DNA of 64,000 nt from NCBI GenBank assembly GCA_964016885.1, contig OZ024741.1:116436001-116500000 (forward strand). Direction: 5' to 3'. Of the stretch, positions 53,493 to 64,000 are shown piece after piece. The first letter of the stretch is position 1; the number at the start of each line of letters is the position of its first letter. Made by a program: the position numbers and the translations under genes. Source of the DNA: Eledone cirrhosa (lineage: Eukaryota). Under the pieces are notes generated by a model. It was not told the origin of the DNA, searched no databases, and was given only the letters and a program-made list of their open reading frames with translations.

Positions 53493-53539
53493 CTGTAATT
53501 CGTTCCAATATACGACAAGAATATTAAAAAGCGTCCCAT
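53493..53539 (-). CDS. PUSL1: tRNA pseudouridine synthase-like 1 (TruA family), coding exon 1
   Basis: ATG at 53539; MGRFLIFLSYIGTNY(S), the TruA N-terminal YxGTxY motif; donor ag|GTaata. Confidence 0.85.
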
Positions 53540-53859
53540 TTCAAGACAAAATATGTTTGTTTATTTAATTATAATTAAAATCTACACTTTTTTTTATCTT
53601 CCTCTGATACGAAGGAGAACGATCGCATCTAAAGGGTGACATTTGAAAAGTAAATTAGAAATAATTTCACTCTGGATTTTTTTCAATATTTTAAAGGCGA
53701 AATTTAGAAATTGAGGATAGCTTCGTTAATTTTTGGTATTTAAGAAAAAAAAAATTCAGTCATTAACTTTAAAAAAGTAGAATTGATTGCTTCCTTTACT
53801 TTTTATTCAAAACATATTTTGCACCCAGGAACATTATAATCCAGGAGCACATGGCTATA

Positions 53860-54072
53860 CAGACGCATGCGTACCGAGATAATGAGAGTGAGGCTATGCA
53901 ACGTGGAGGATCAGCGGTCACTTCCGTTAATTATCTTCTCTCCCTGAAGTGTGGCTCTCCTTACAACCTTCACCCATCGGCCTGCTTCATTATTACAGCC
54001 CCACCTTTTGTCACCCTGACTTCTTTTTTATCTGCCAGGGACAACTGGATATCTTTAATTTGAGGGGTAAGC
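53860..54072 (+). promoter_or_regulatory. Probable bidirectional promoter and divergent non-coding first exon
   Basis: About 320 bp upstream of the PUSL1 ATG: palindromic ACGCATGCGT (NRF1-like), CACTTCCG (ETS-like), locally GC-richer, ends in donor G|GTAAGC at 54066/54067. Confidence 0.5.
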
Positions 54073-56540
54073 CTTAAAGCCATTAAAACCGTTATTCTAT
54101 GTGTATGTACAGTATATCTTCGTATTGTTGAAAATGTCTCAGATATGGGCTTTCTCTTCTTTCTATATTAACTGATAAACATTTTAGATTATATTTTCAC
54201 TTTAAAAATAACAAAACGAAACAACATTTTTTTCCCTTGCTTCGTTACTTACAAATGACTAAAATGAGACAAGTATACACATACATAAAAAAAAATTGCA
54301 TGAAACGAAAGAAAGTATGTAACAAACAAAAACGAGACGAGTTGAATACCTCATCATATTTTATTGTAGTTTTCTTCTATTTGCTGAACCTGTAGAAGTT
54401 TGATGTTTGAAATATTTATTTTTATTATGAATTAGTCTCCCATTATTATTTTTAATACAATCAATATCATCATTATCACCATAACAGTGTCGTTATCGTT
54501 TATATCTTAATGTTACTGTCTGGTAAGACTGAACTAATTTGATTTCACATATTCTCGCAAACGATCATCCCGTGGTGTCCATCAATATACCATTTGTTTC
54601 TTTGTTTTTTTTTTCACGACATAAAGCCTTCGTTTTAATCGATCCTTTGTTGAAGAAAGAGTTTAATCGAGTGAATCATTTTATGTATATCAACCCGGGT
54701 ATGTTGAAGATGAGAGACCGAGGAAACTATTAACTCTGGGTGGGTGAGATTTAAAATCAGTAAAAGCAACCTAATTGGACGTTCTACTTATTGTGTGTTA
54801 TTGAATGAATTTAGGACACAGATAAAGCATTTGACAAGGAACCATGTTAAATTGTTCCCTCCTATTTTCATAACAGGCCGGTGGAATGGTACAACCAGTA
54901 GAGCTTGGATAAAATACCTGCAGTATTTTGTTCTGGCTCAACGTTCTGAGTTCAACTATCGTCGTGCTCTACTCTACTTTCGTCCTCCAATTGATAAAAC
55001 AAAGTAGCAATCCACTACTGGGGTCGATTTAATATTCGTATACTACATCCTAAATGTGAATGGAATTATAATAGGAAGCAGTAATAGCTTAATCACCCAT
55101 TGATAGCTGGCTCTGATAGGGAGAAACAAAACGTGATTTTAATCTTTAATGTGTGACACTTGCGTGAGATGAATTACATTGCGTGGGGGCGGGATGATAT
55201 ATTATGTACTACTAATTAGTCTTTCAAGTATTTCGATGAAGCAAAAATAAAATATAAAAAAATCCAGATTATGCTTGCATATGTGAATGAGGCCGTTGTG
55301 TTAAATGGGGCATCGTGCTTCTGTCTATTTTCTTAGCGAGGCCTTCTGTTGTGTCAGTATGTAAATATGTGAAAAGGAATCTATCAGTATGTGTGTATTG
55401 TTGATAAGACCCCGGCCAACTCTCGTTTCTCGTTGTTACCCCATATTTCAAATCGAAGCAAACATTATATAAATTAAGAGTTAGGCTTAGATATCGTTCG
55501 TTTCAATTTGAAATGCGGGGTAGTAACGGTAAGCGCCACCCTCTTATTAAGGGCATCTGTGACTACAACCATTATCCAATGTATTAGTAAGTCAGGAGGG
55601 TGTGATTAGAGGCGAGATTTGGCTGTTATTTTTAGCGGGTTGAATGCCTATATTTAAAGTCATAGTTTAGATATATATGTACGTGGCATACGTTTTTTAG
55701 TTACTTAGTATTCTAACTCCTCACCACCACCTATCTATGAAATAAGGACGATGTTTCAGTAGCTGCAAGTTTAGGTCGATAAAATACCAGTAACGCACTT
55801 GGGCCGATTTAATCGACCTTCCTCTCCCTCAAAATTGTTGGCCTTGTACCTAAATCACAAACCATTATTATTATTACTTTTTTTTTTTTTGCTTGCATAA
55901 GCACATGATAGCTTTAGTTCTCCTTTTTGTATTTATTTTGTTGACGTTAAAACTGTGGCAAGAAATGTATGGTCCGGATTTCAAACTGTCTCCGTTTGTA
56001 TCACAACTTCTAGACCTCGCCGCTACATATACCCTGTCGGTGATATGACTAAACGGACTAGAAATATATTATGTATTACATAAGTTGTGCTGTTGTTGTT
56101 TGGCCACAGGTCTACTTTAGCAGAGCAATCATCAAAGAATTTCCAGTGGCGTTCCATCCCGTTCTTTTTCAATTTCCAAACAGTGTGTCCTTTTTTTTTA
56201 TGACTGTAAGATATGATAATTCGAGGGAGACTTTACTGCTATTTCAAGTAGGAAGAGTGACCACATAGACGCTACCTTTGTCTGTGTCAGTGGTGGAGTA
56301 GCATCCTAACGTTTACAAGAATTCAGGTTTAAAACGTTCCATCTAAATGGACTTTTGTACTCCGCGAACTGTTGATTTCGGAAAAGAAATCGTCGTTAAC
56401 GTGTAGGTAACTTCAAACTCATTCTTGATTGAGAAAAAAACTTTATAAATGTGTGTCGGCGTTCACTTCTCACATAATCATATTTAATCAATATAGATGG
56501 CTTCGTAATAAAATCGATATCCATACGTGTAACATTGATG

Positions 56541-56588
<48 letters not shown>

Positions 56589-58143
56589 AGAGACTACTCT
56601 CTGTTGCTACTCTGAGTTTCGCGATTGTTCACTCTTCTCCTCCACACATACAAATATATATACACACACGCAATCTCTATGTACAGACAAGAGAGAAAGC
56701 ATATTTCAATGCATGTAGCAGAATTGCTTATTTATTCGTTCGAAGCTAATGATTCATTCGTTCTATCGTTCCTCAGAGTTTCTCACACATATGTTCCTTT
56801 AGGCTATAGAAAAGATGAATCAATATATTATGTCACCGGAATCCAGTGCCGGTTGAACGAAGCCTAATGACCGGTCTCTTGCAAAGATAGCCATAAATAA
56901 CAGCATATAGATTAAAAAGTAGCCTTGTTGTTTTTGAATGCATACTCGGCTAATTATAAGGATTACCTTTAATACAATATGTGTTTTACTATTTAAATGT
57001 ATTTCTCTTCACACACATTTGACATAACTACAGTTTAATGCCCCCCACACACATACTCCAGTTTGGTTTCCTTATAACTTTCTTCATAATGCATACTTTA
57101 ATGCCATTGTAGATAAAGTTTTCCATGATGTGGAAATTAAAAGTAATAATAATAATTTTTTTCCCCAATACTTTCGATTCGCGATAGTTAACTTAAACTC
57201 TGGAATTTGTTTCATCATGCCTTCCAATCACATGTTGACAATAGAAAATATCAATGAGGATAACGTTATAGATTTTCTACATGAATCCAATGTCATTACT
57301 ACAAATATGAATTACAAAAAAAGAAGTGTATATATATATATATATATATATATTCATGAACATGCTCGTAATCAACATTTTCGAAAATGTGTCTACGCAA
57401 GTTAGGAAACAAAAGTCATTAGGGGTGGGGCATTGTCGTTCTAACACGTCATTTAAGTAAAGAGATGATCTGGGAAAGGAATTTTTTGCTTAACGAGCTA
57501 CTTTGTCTCGCATCCCCAAGAATCAATGCACTTATTTATTACAGGTTTTCTTAGTTATTCTATCTCTTAATTGTAATTTTTTTATTCAATTAATTATGTC
57601 TAGGAAGCTATAACACTTAATGAGCCAACTTCTACGCAAGAAATACCCCCCCCCCCCTCTAATTATACCCTATCGTCTTAGAGATTGAAATATTTCATAG
57701 AATTTTGGGCGGACCTTAACAATTGACACGTAGAAAGAAAGTGAAAGCTTTTTTATCTTTAAGATCATTTTGTGAATTGAGAAAAATTACTAGGAAATGT
57801 ACAAAGGGACAAATTATTTCATTATTCAATATTTTCGTTTAATCATTATGGACTGATCCAACTTGCACTATACTACCACTTTCACACTCCCCACCACATC
57901 TATGTGAATGAAATACCTTCCTTGATGTATGTGAGTGGTTCATTCAAACACCTGTCTAGTCTGCATTTATGAAACGGTCGCACAACTTGTCAAATACTTT
58001 GTGTAAAGTAAACTTTAAGTAACTTGTATTCGGTCGGAACTACTACTACACTTACATGACTAATATGCTTGGTAAAGAAAAAAAAACTAACAAAAAAAAT
58101 CTAACTATTCCCCTCTTTTCCCTAATATGAAAATGTATTATTG

Positions 58144-58332
58144 CGGTGGTTTGGCAGTATCGGTAGAGTGTCGGACGCTATGCTTTGACGCATAGAGTTA
58201 CGGCCCTTGCCATTCTGAGTTCGAATCCCGCCGAGGTTAACTTTGCCTTTCATCCTTACGGGGTCGATAAAATAAAGTACCAGTAATACACTGTGTAATT
58301 GCTGGCCTTGTGCCAAAAGTAGAAACAATTAT
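58144..58332 (+). mobile_element. tRNA-derived SINE, best-preserved copy (good copies also 9778-9968 +, 29970-30183 -, 45985-46167 -)
   Basis: A-box-like TGGCAGTATCGG, B-box GAGTTCGAATCCC, conserved core GCCTTTCATCCTTACGGGGTCGATAAAATAAAGTACCAG, (ATT)n tail; many decayed copies across the window. Confidence 0.88.
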
Positions 58333-61233
58333 TACTTGGAAATGAAGATGGGAACATAATTCATCATGGTTTAGTTCTGTTCGTTAATGCTTTATTTATG
58401 AAATATTTTCGATCTATACCACATGGATATTTTCTCGACGTGCTTTCGAATTTGACGTTGATAATATCAATCAGAATCACGACGTAGATTTTCTACTAAA
58501 ATGCAATGTCCTTTCTACAACTATAAAGAAAATTTTCTTAATTTAAAATGTTTAACATAATCACAATCTGCACCGAAAATGCATCTTTGCAAAATTCCAT
58601 TAAAAATATGAATTATTAAGAAAGTTATGGAAAAACAAAATTTGTTTGAAGGGTTTTAAACTATAATTATGCCAGACATAAACGCAAATAACCCTCTCAT
58701 TTGTTTTCAAAGAAAAGTCCTATAATTTGTGGTTTCAGTTACTAAAAAATGTTCACTCGAATCTCTTGATAAATTTTCTCTTCAGATTAATTTCGTTTCG
58801 TTTCTGTACATAACTTTTCACTTTTAGTGACTGAGTGTTTCATCTAGAACACAAAATCATATTGAAAAGAAGCTATAACAACACTTACATCTATATTTTT
58901 TACTAGTTTGTCATAAGATTGCGGCTATGCTGGGGCACAGCTTTAAAAGGATCATATTAACTCAGTGTTGTTTTCTTTTTCACGTCTGGCACTTATTTAA
59001 TCGATCTCTTTTGTCGAACTGTTAGGTTATACCACATAAACACATTCACACACACACACATGTAGACGACGGGTTTTTACAATCTCCATCTATCAAATTT
59101 CATTTACGGTATTGGTCAACTCGTGGCTATAGTAGATACCACGCAGTGAGAATGGACTTGAAACCATGTGGTTGCGAAGTGAACTTATTAACCACATAAC
59201 CATACCTGCGTCTATATATATATTAAATGCATCAATTACTGCGCTTTAGGTATATAAAATGCAGAAATGTACCTGATCTTTCGTTGTGAATATTCGCCCT
59301 TTGAATAGTTATCAATCGATAGATTGAAATATTTATTTCTGATAGTTTCTTTCCGGAATATTTTTCCCTAACTTTTTCGATACAGATCTGCTCCTTCACA
59401 ACAGATTGTTTGCTGTCAATTGCCGTCCGTCAATAAATTAACTTAACAAGGCGAGGTAGTTCGGTAGTACGATTTGGACGTTTCACATTTACTTTCATTT
59501 TATTGTCTTACGTTTTATATACCTAAAGTGAGACATCATACCAGACGCTTTATTTTCTGGTTAAATCTTATTCTAGGTAATGTTCGAAGTTTTTAATTAA
59601 CTTCGATGTTGTTGTTTCATTTCTTTTCTAGTGTTTTGTCGCCTGTTTCTCTTCACTTGCTTTGCTGACGCCATTTGAGAAAGGCATACACGCCTCTTAA
59701 TCTCATTATCCTTCTACACTTATAATTTCACTAGGTCTTGTGTGTTTGTATAAGAAATTATTACTGGGTCTTTGTTGCGTACGTTAATTAAAAAACTCGT
59801 GGGAAACCTTGAACTGACGACAGCTTGCTATGCAGCTGTTCTAAATTTAAACATTCCTGCTTGTCCTATCATTTCAAAGATTTAAGAATCGGTATATGAA
59901 CGTTGGTTTGCTTATATTTGTTAAACATTCCAGAAAGAAATCATAGTTGCTTGGTTTGATGTCCAAGTAGCTCGTGGAGTGAATTTCCCCCAGCAGTTGC
60001 GACCGCCATATAGTATTAGTAATGGAAACAACCAATGGATATATAGTTTCCTCAATTCGATGCATCATATTTAAAGGTTGTTAGGGATATGAGTGAAGTT
60101 TCTGAGGTTTCTAAATTCCTTGTAGTGAGCCGCTAACAACAAAGTTCTTGTCATCGTTGTCGGTTCGCTTTACAGAGGTATCAAGTGATGCCCGTGACGG
60201 TACATGGTTGATCCAGCGCCTTAGCCTCAAAAAGTATTAGAGGGAGGTTCCTGCATTCCTGGTGGTGTGTGACCGATTGGCACACTTAGTGTTGATTTAA
60301 TATTTTCTTTCGATTTGATTCTATACTTTCATGTTTATGTAATTAAGAAATAAAAATTATTTTTTAGCGCTGAAGTTTCGTATTGCAAACCATAAATTAC
60401 TATCAAAGATCCATGTGTTGAATCAGCTATATAATCAAATTGACTCAACCAGAACAATTAGACGTCCACCTTGTCTCCCCGATTGCACACTTTATTGAAA
60501 TAATATGAAGTTTATTAATCTATATTCATTTTGCGAATCTGGCATTACCGGAACGTATAACTGACGGTTCGATCCATTTTGGGCTTTTGTGCACGCAGTC
60601 ATATTCAGTGAAACTTACTTTTGTTTAATAGTTGCAATTTATAAGAAGGTTTCAGAGACGGCCTGGTCACGACTGGCGAGCTGTGGACAGTTTATTTAGT
60701 ACATATGCCAAAAACAAACAAACAAATAAAATGTTTAAACAATTTTCTGTTTCGAGTAGTAAATTCCTAGAGGACCCACTATTCACTACACTGTTGCACA
60801 CGAACATACACACACACGTATATATATTGTACAAACGCACATATATCATATATATGTGAGTGTGTGATTATTTATAAACTTCGTCCCATCATAGCACTAG
60901 AACGAGTTAGTTAATTTCATTGATCTTAAACAAAATTTCAGTTGCCCTAACCTGTCTGGTCACCCTCCACTGTCAAATTTACCTAGAACTACACATTAAC
61001 TTTAACATACATACATAGCTGATGTTAAAAATAAAGAACAAACAACAAACAAACTCCCCACTTGATTAACCTTCTTGGTAGTTGTGGAACGAGGTTACCT
61101 ATTTTAATATCTCTCTTTCTCTCTCGTTATATATCTACTGAAATACTATACTATCAACCAGTGGCTTTGTTCTTTTCACTACCCATTCACGCTACTGTAC
61201 GTGGCAGATTAATGACACATGCTTATATGTGTG

Positions 61234-61325
61234 TTTATATGTAAATACACACACACACACGCGTATATGTATATATATATATATATATATATACGCTTCT
61301 TGCTCACAATAATTTCTATATTTTC

Positions 61326-61359
<34 letters not shown>

Positions 61360-61390
61360 GAAAATATAGAAATTATTGTGAGCAAGAAGC

Positions 61391-61427
<37 letters not shown>

Positions 61428-61459
61428 CGCGTGTGTGTGTGTGTGTATTTACATATAAA
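61234..61459. repeat. Spacerless palindrome centred on (AT)n
   Basis: CGCTTCTTGCTCACAATAATTTCTATATTTTCATT and its exact reverse complement, plus mirrored (CA)n/(TG)n and (TA)n tracts. Confidence 0.93.
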
Positions 61460-61479
61460 TAAATTATGCCTGTGCGTGT

Positions 61480-61690
61480 ATCATCATCATTTTACGGCCG
61501 CTTTTCCCTGCTTGCAAGGGTTAGACGGGTCCTATTCAGCACAGCATCTTTCCACTTGTCACGGACGGTCCTTCGTCATCTCCTCGGTGAGTTTCAGCGA
61601 TAGGAGGTCTGCTCTCACCACCTCCGCCCATGTTTTTCGTGGTCTACCTCTACTGTGACTTCTTTCCATTGGGATTTCTTGGCACTTCTG
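61480..61690 (-). mobile_element. RTE 3'-end fragment (similar fragments about 13830-14070, 52840-53110, 63800-64000)
   Basis: Reverse complement resembles 38340-38500; (CAT)n tail. Confidence 0.7.
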
Positions 61691-61720
61691 TACCCACCGG
61701 TCAAATATATAACTTATGCC

Positions 61721-61778
<58 letters not shown>

Positions 61779-62084
61779 GTGGTGGAACACTGGAAGGTAA
61801 TATCCGTAGTGGTAGAGCACTCAGTCCAAGGGACGAGTTAGGTAGAAGTGGTTACACAACAGTTAGTTCACCATACCGAGAACAATTGTTTCACCTTAGC
61901 GGATCTTCAGCTCATAAAACTGAGTGTGTGGAAAAATGGACGTTAAACGGTGATGATATAAATATACACACACACATCTATTGACACTGCCAACTCAACT
62001 TATAGGAAATAATCTATAAAAATGTAGTCATGTTATATTTGACACGTTATATTAGCTAAGCGTGACATGGCCAAGATCAACCAG

Positions 62085-62329
62085 GAGTGAGAAGGCCATA
62101 GAGATTAGCTGAACATGCTCACCATCATCCAGAGTTGACATTGCACTCTGTGCTCCTGTGGGAGCCCCTGCATGGACACACTGGAAGAGGCAGACCAAGG
62201 TTAACGTATGTTGATGCCCTCAGGACAGACACTGGTCTGTTAGAGATGCAGGACATGGCAGCGATAATGAGGAACAGACACCGCTGGAGAGAACTCGTCC
62301 ATGGATCTCGGGAATTTTACCTGCCCTAG
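62085..62329 (+). mobile_element. 3' fragment of an RTE-like LINE ORF
   Basis: ...HHPELTLHSVLLWEPLHGHTGRGRPRLTYVDALRTDTG...RNRHRWR, a typical post-RT C-terminus. Confidence 0.7.
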
Positions 62330-62368
62330 ATAGATATATATATATATATGTGTGTGTGTGTGTTTAAA

Positions 62369-62861
62369 TCTCTCTATAAAAAGTTCCTGTCTGTTTGTTT
62401 GTTCATGAACTCCTCCTATGGTTTTGGAGACCCCCATAACCATATATATTCTGAAACTACTTTGCCCAGGGTACTTAGATAAGTATATTTCATTTTAATC
62501 AAAGGGTTCCCGGGGCTCAAACCCTCGCTTGCCCCTGCTGTAAATGTTTTCCCTTCGATTTATATGAAATTTAAACCATAGGTAAATGACAAGATATGAT
62601 GCCTATTCACAAAAGTTTTGAATTGATATTTTGAAAAAAATTATTTACAAGAAACAAAATAAGAATAAGATTTAATAATGTAATTTTGATTTGATATATT
62701 ACAAAAAATAAAGTTTTCCAATTTTTCATGCATTACATTTTACATTGAATAATATTGAAATGCAGAGTTTTTCTCCATAAATTATATCACTGATTTAAAA
62801 TCAATCATTTTCTTACAAAAAAAATGTGTGAAACACAGCAAGGCACGGGTAATTCGGCTAG
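62369..62861 (+). mobile_element. Non-autonomous Helitron-like element, second family
   Basis: A|TCTCTCTATAAAA start, (tgtt)n tract, degenerate hairpin ...GCAAGGCACGGG, then CTAG|T. Confidence 0.65.
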
Positions 62862-63338
62862 TATATATATAAAGCTAATCAATTTGTATATATATATGTC
62901 TGAATGGTTACTATGGATTATAAGTAATCTATACAATTACTCTCTTCAAAACATTCTCTCCCTTCTAAATTTTCAAAATGGTGATCACTACTTCCTAGAA
63001 AGAGGCTGGAGGAGATTTATGTCATGCAGCAGCTCTTTTTTTCACAGCTTATTCTTATTTATGTAATAACAGCCTTTTTATGGTTTTATCTCTCACATCT
63101 GACAGCTTCGCTAGAGCCAGGTCAGCCATGATTCAGTAAATCTGTATATGATCAAAAGCAATCTACCTGTGACTTTTTTTAGCTAGTGCATAGTATACCT
63201 AAAATTTGATTATTCAAAGTGTTACTTTTGATTTTTTTTAAAAAGATAGTAGAGTGTGGTTTGAAAGAAATTTGTTTAATATTTCTAGCATTTTATGTGA
63301 CCACATAGTCTCCTTTGTTCATGTAAGAATCACTCCTT

Positions 63339-63590
63339 ATTGGCTCCCGTGGCCATGTAAAATCTTCTCTCATTGGCTCCAGTGGCCATGTAAAGTTCTC
63401 TTCAATTAGCTTCATTGACAATGTAGTGTTTGTTCTATCTCATTGGCTCCTGTGATAATGTGTAAGAAGTGTTCCTTGTTGGCTCCAGTAACCACATAAG
63501 GTTTTCTCTTATTGGCTCCAGTGACCATGGAAGAAGCTCTCCCATTGATTCCAGTGGCCACATAAATTTCTCTCTCATTAGCTCATCTTC
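63339..63590. repeat. Diverged minisatellite with eight units of about 33 bp
   Basis: ATTGGCTCC-like starts at 63339, 63372, 63405, 63442, 63478, 63511, 63544 and 63577. Confidence 0.85.
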
Positions 63591-64000
63591 CATAATTTTC
63601 AGGTCAATAAATATAGTACTTATTCAGTCTTAAGGGTGATTTGTCCTCTATCTCTTTTTACCTCTTTCTCCTTTAGAAGAATTTGGCAGGGTTCTACTAG
63701 ATTTTAAAAAAATGCCCATGACATACCATCGTGTGTTAGGATGGCACCCCTATGACTTAACTAGACGTTAAGGGTTCTTTTGTTTTCCTTCCTTCTTTCT
63801 TTTCCATATTTACATAGATTGAATGTGTCTTCTCCAGTACAGAATTCCTTCAGCATCTTGAAATCTGCAGTTACCTTCTACTTGGAACTCCTGGCGCTTT
63901 TTTCACCCAACAGTCATTATCCATATGCATCACATGACTACCAGTGCAATCTTCTCTCTTGCATTCTGTATTTGATTCATTTTATGCCCAGCTTTTCATT

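Noticed and set aside
57130-57405. Possible transposase N-terminal fragment
   Set aside because: No catalytic motif or TIR recognisable; interrupted by a microsatellite
58144-58235. tRNA gene
   Set aside because: A/B boxes belong to a SINE head that continues into the repeat core; no convincing cloverleaf
59800-60290. Possible decayed non-LTR element end
   Set aside because: Only vague resemblance; no diagnostic motif readable
112-63066. Most remaining 60-130 aa ORFs in the track
   Set aside because: Microsatellite translations (YIYI, VCVC, THTH), antisense frames of TEs, or chance ORFs without splice or motif support
63339-63590. CRISPR-like periodicity
   Set aside because: Whole units are mutually similar and degenerate, with no unique spacers, no cas genes and a eukaryotic context

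Overview
AT-rich, repeat-dense animal genomic DNA; the repeat repertoire suggests an octopod cephalopod (inference). Two convergent spliced genes can be rebuilt by hand with consistent GT-AG phases. RAD23 (+) shows 7 exons at 1657-17413, with its 5' exons upstream of the window, and carries a 31-Gly tract. A complete 8-exon TruA-family PUSL1 (-, 53539-33399, 341 aa) ends in an 8-aa acidic repeat tail. A probable head-to-head promoter/first exon lies at about 53.86-54.07 kb. Introns and intergenic DNA hold a decayed full-length piggyBac and its MITEs, several RTE LINEs (one with three C2H2 fingers), a Naiad-type Penelope element just behind the PUSL1 stop, a second Penelope remnant, CR1, R4/Dong, Tc1/mariner, non-autonomous Helitrons and many tRNA-derived SINEs. 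The most unusual signals are a 303-bp fold-back made of two inverted hammerhead-ribozyme-like cassettes, a SINE-orientation and CpG pattern that tracks transcription units, a 33-bp-periodic CCAAT-like array, and several palindromes. No prokaryotic-type system or CRISPR array is supported.
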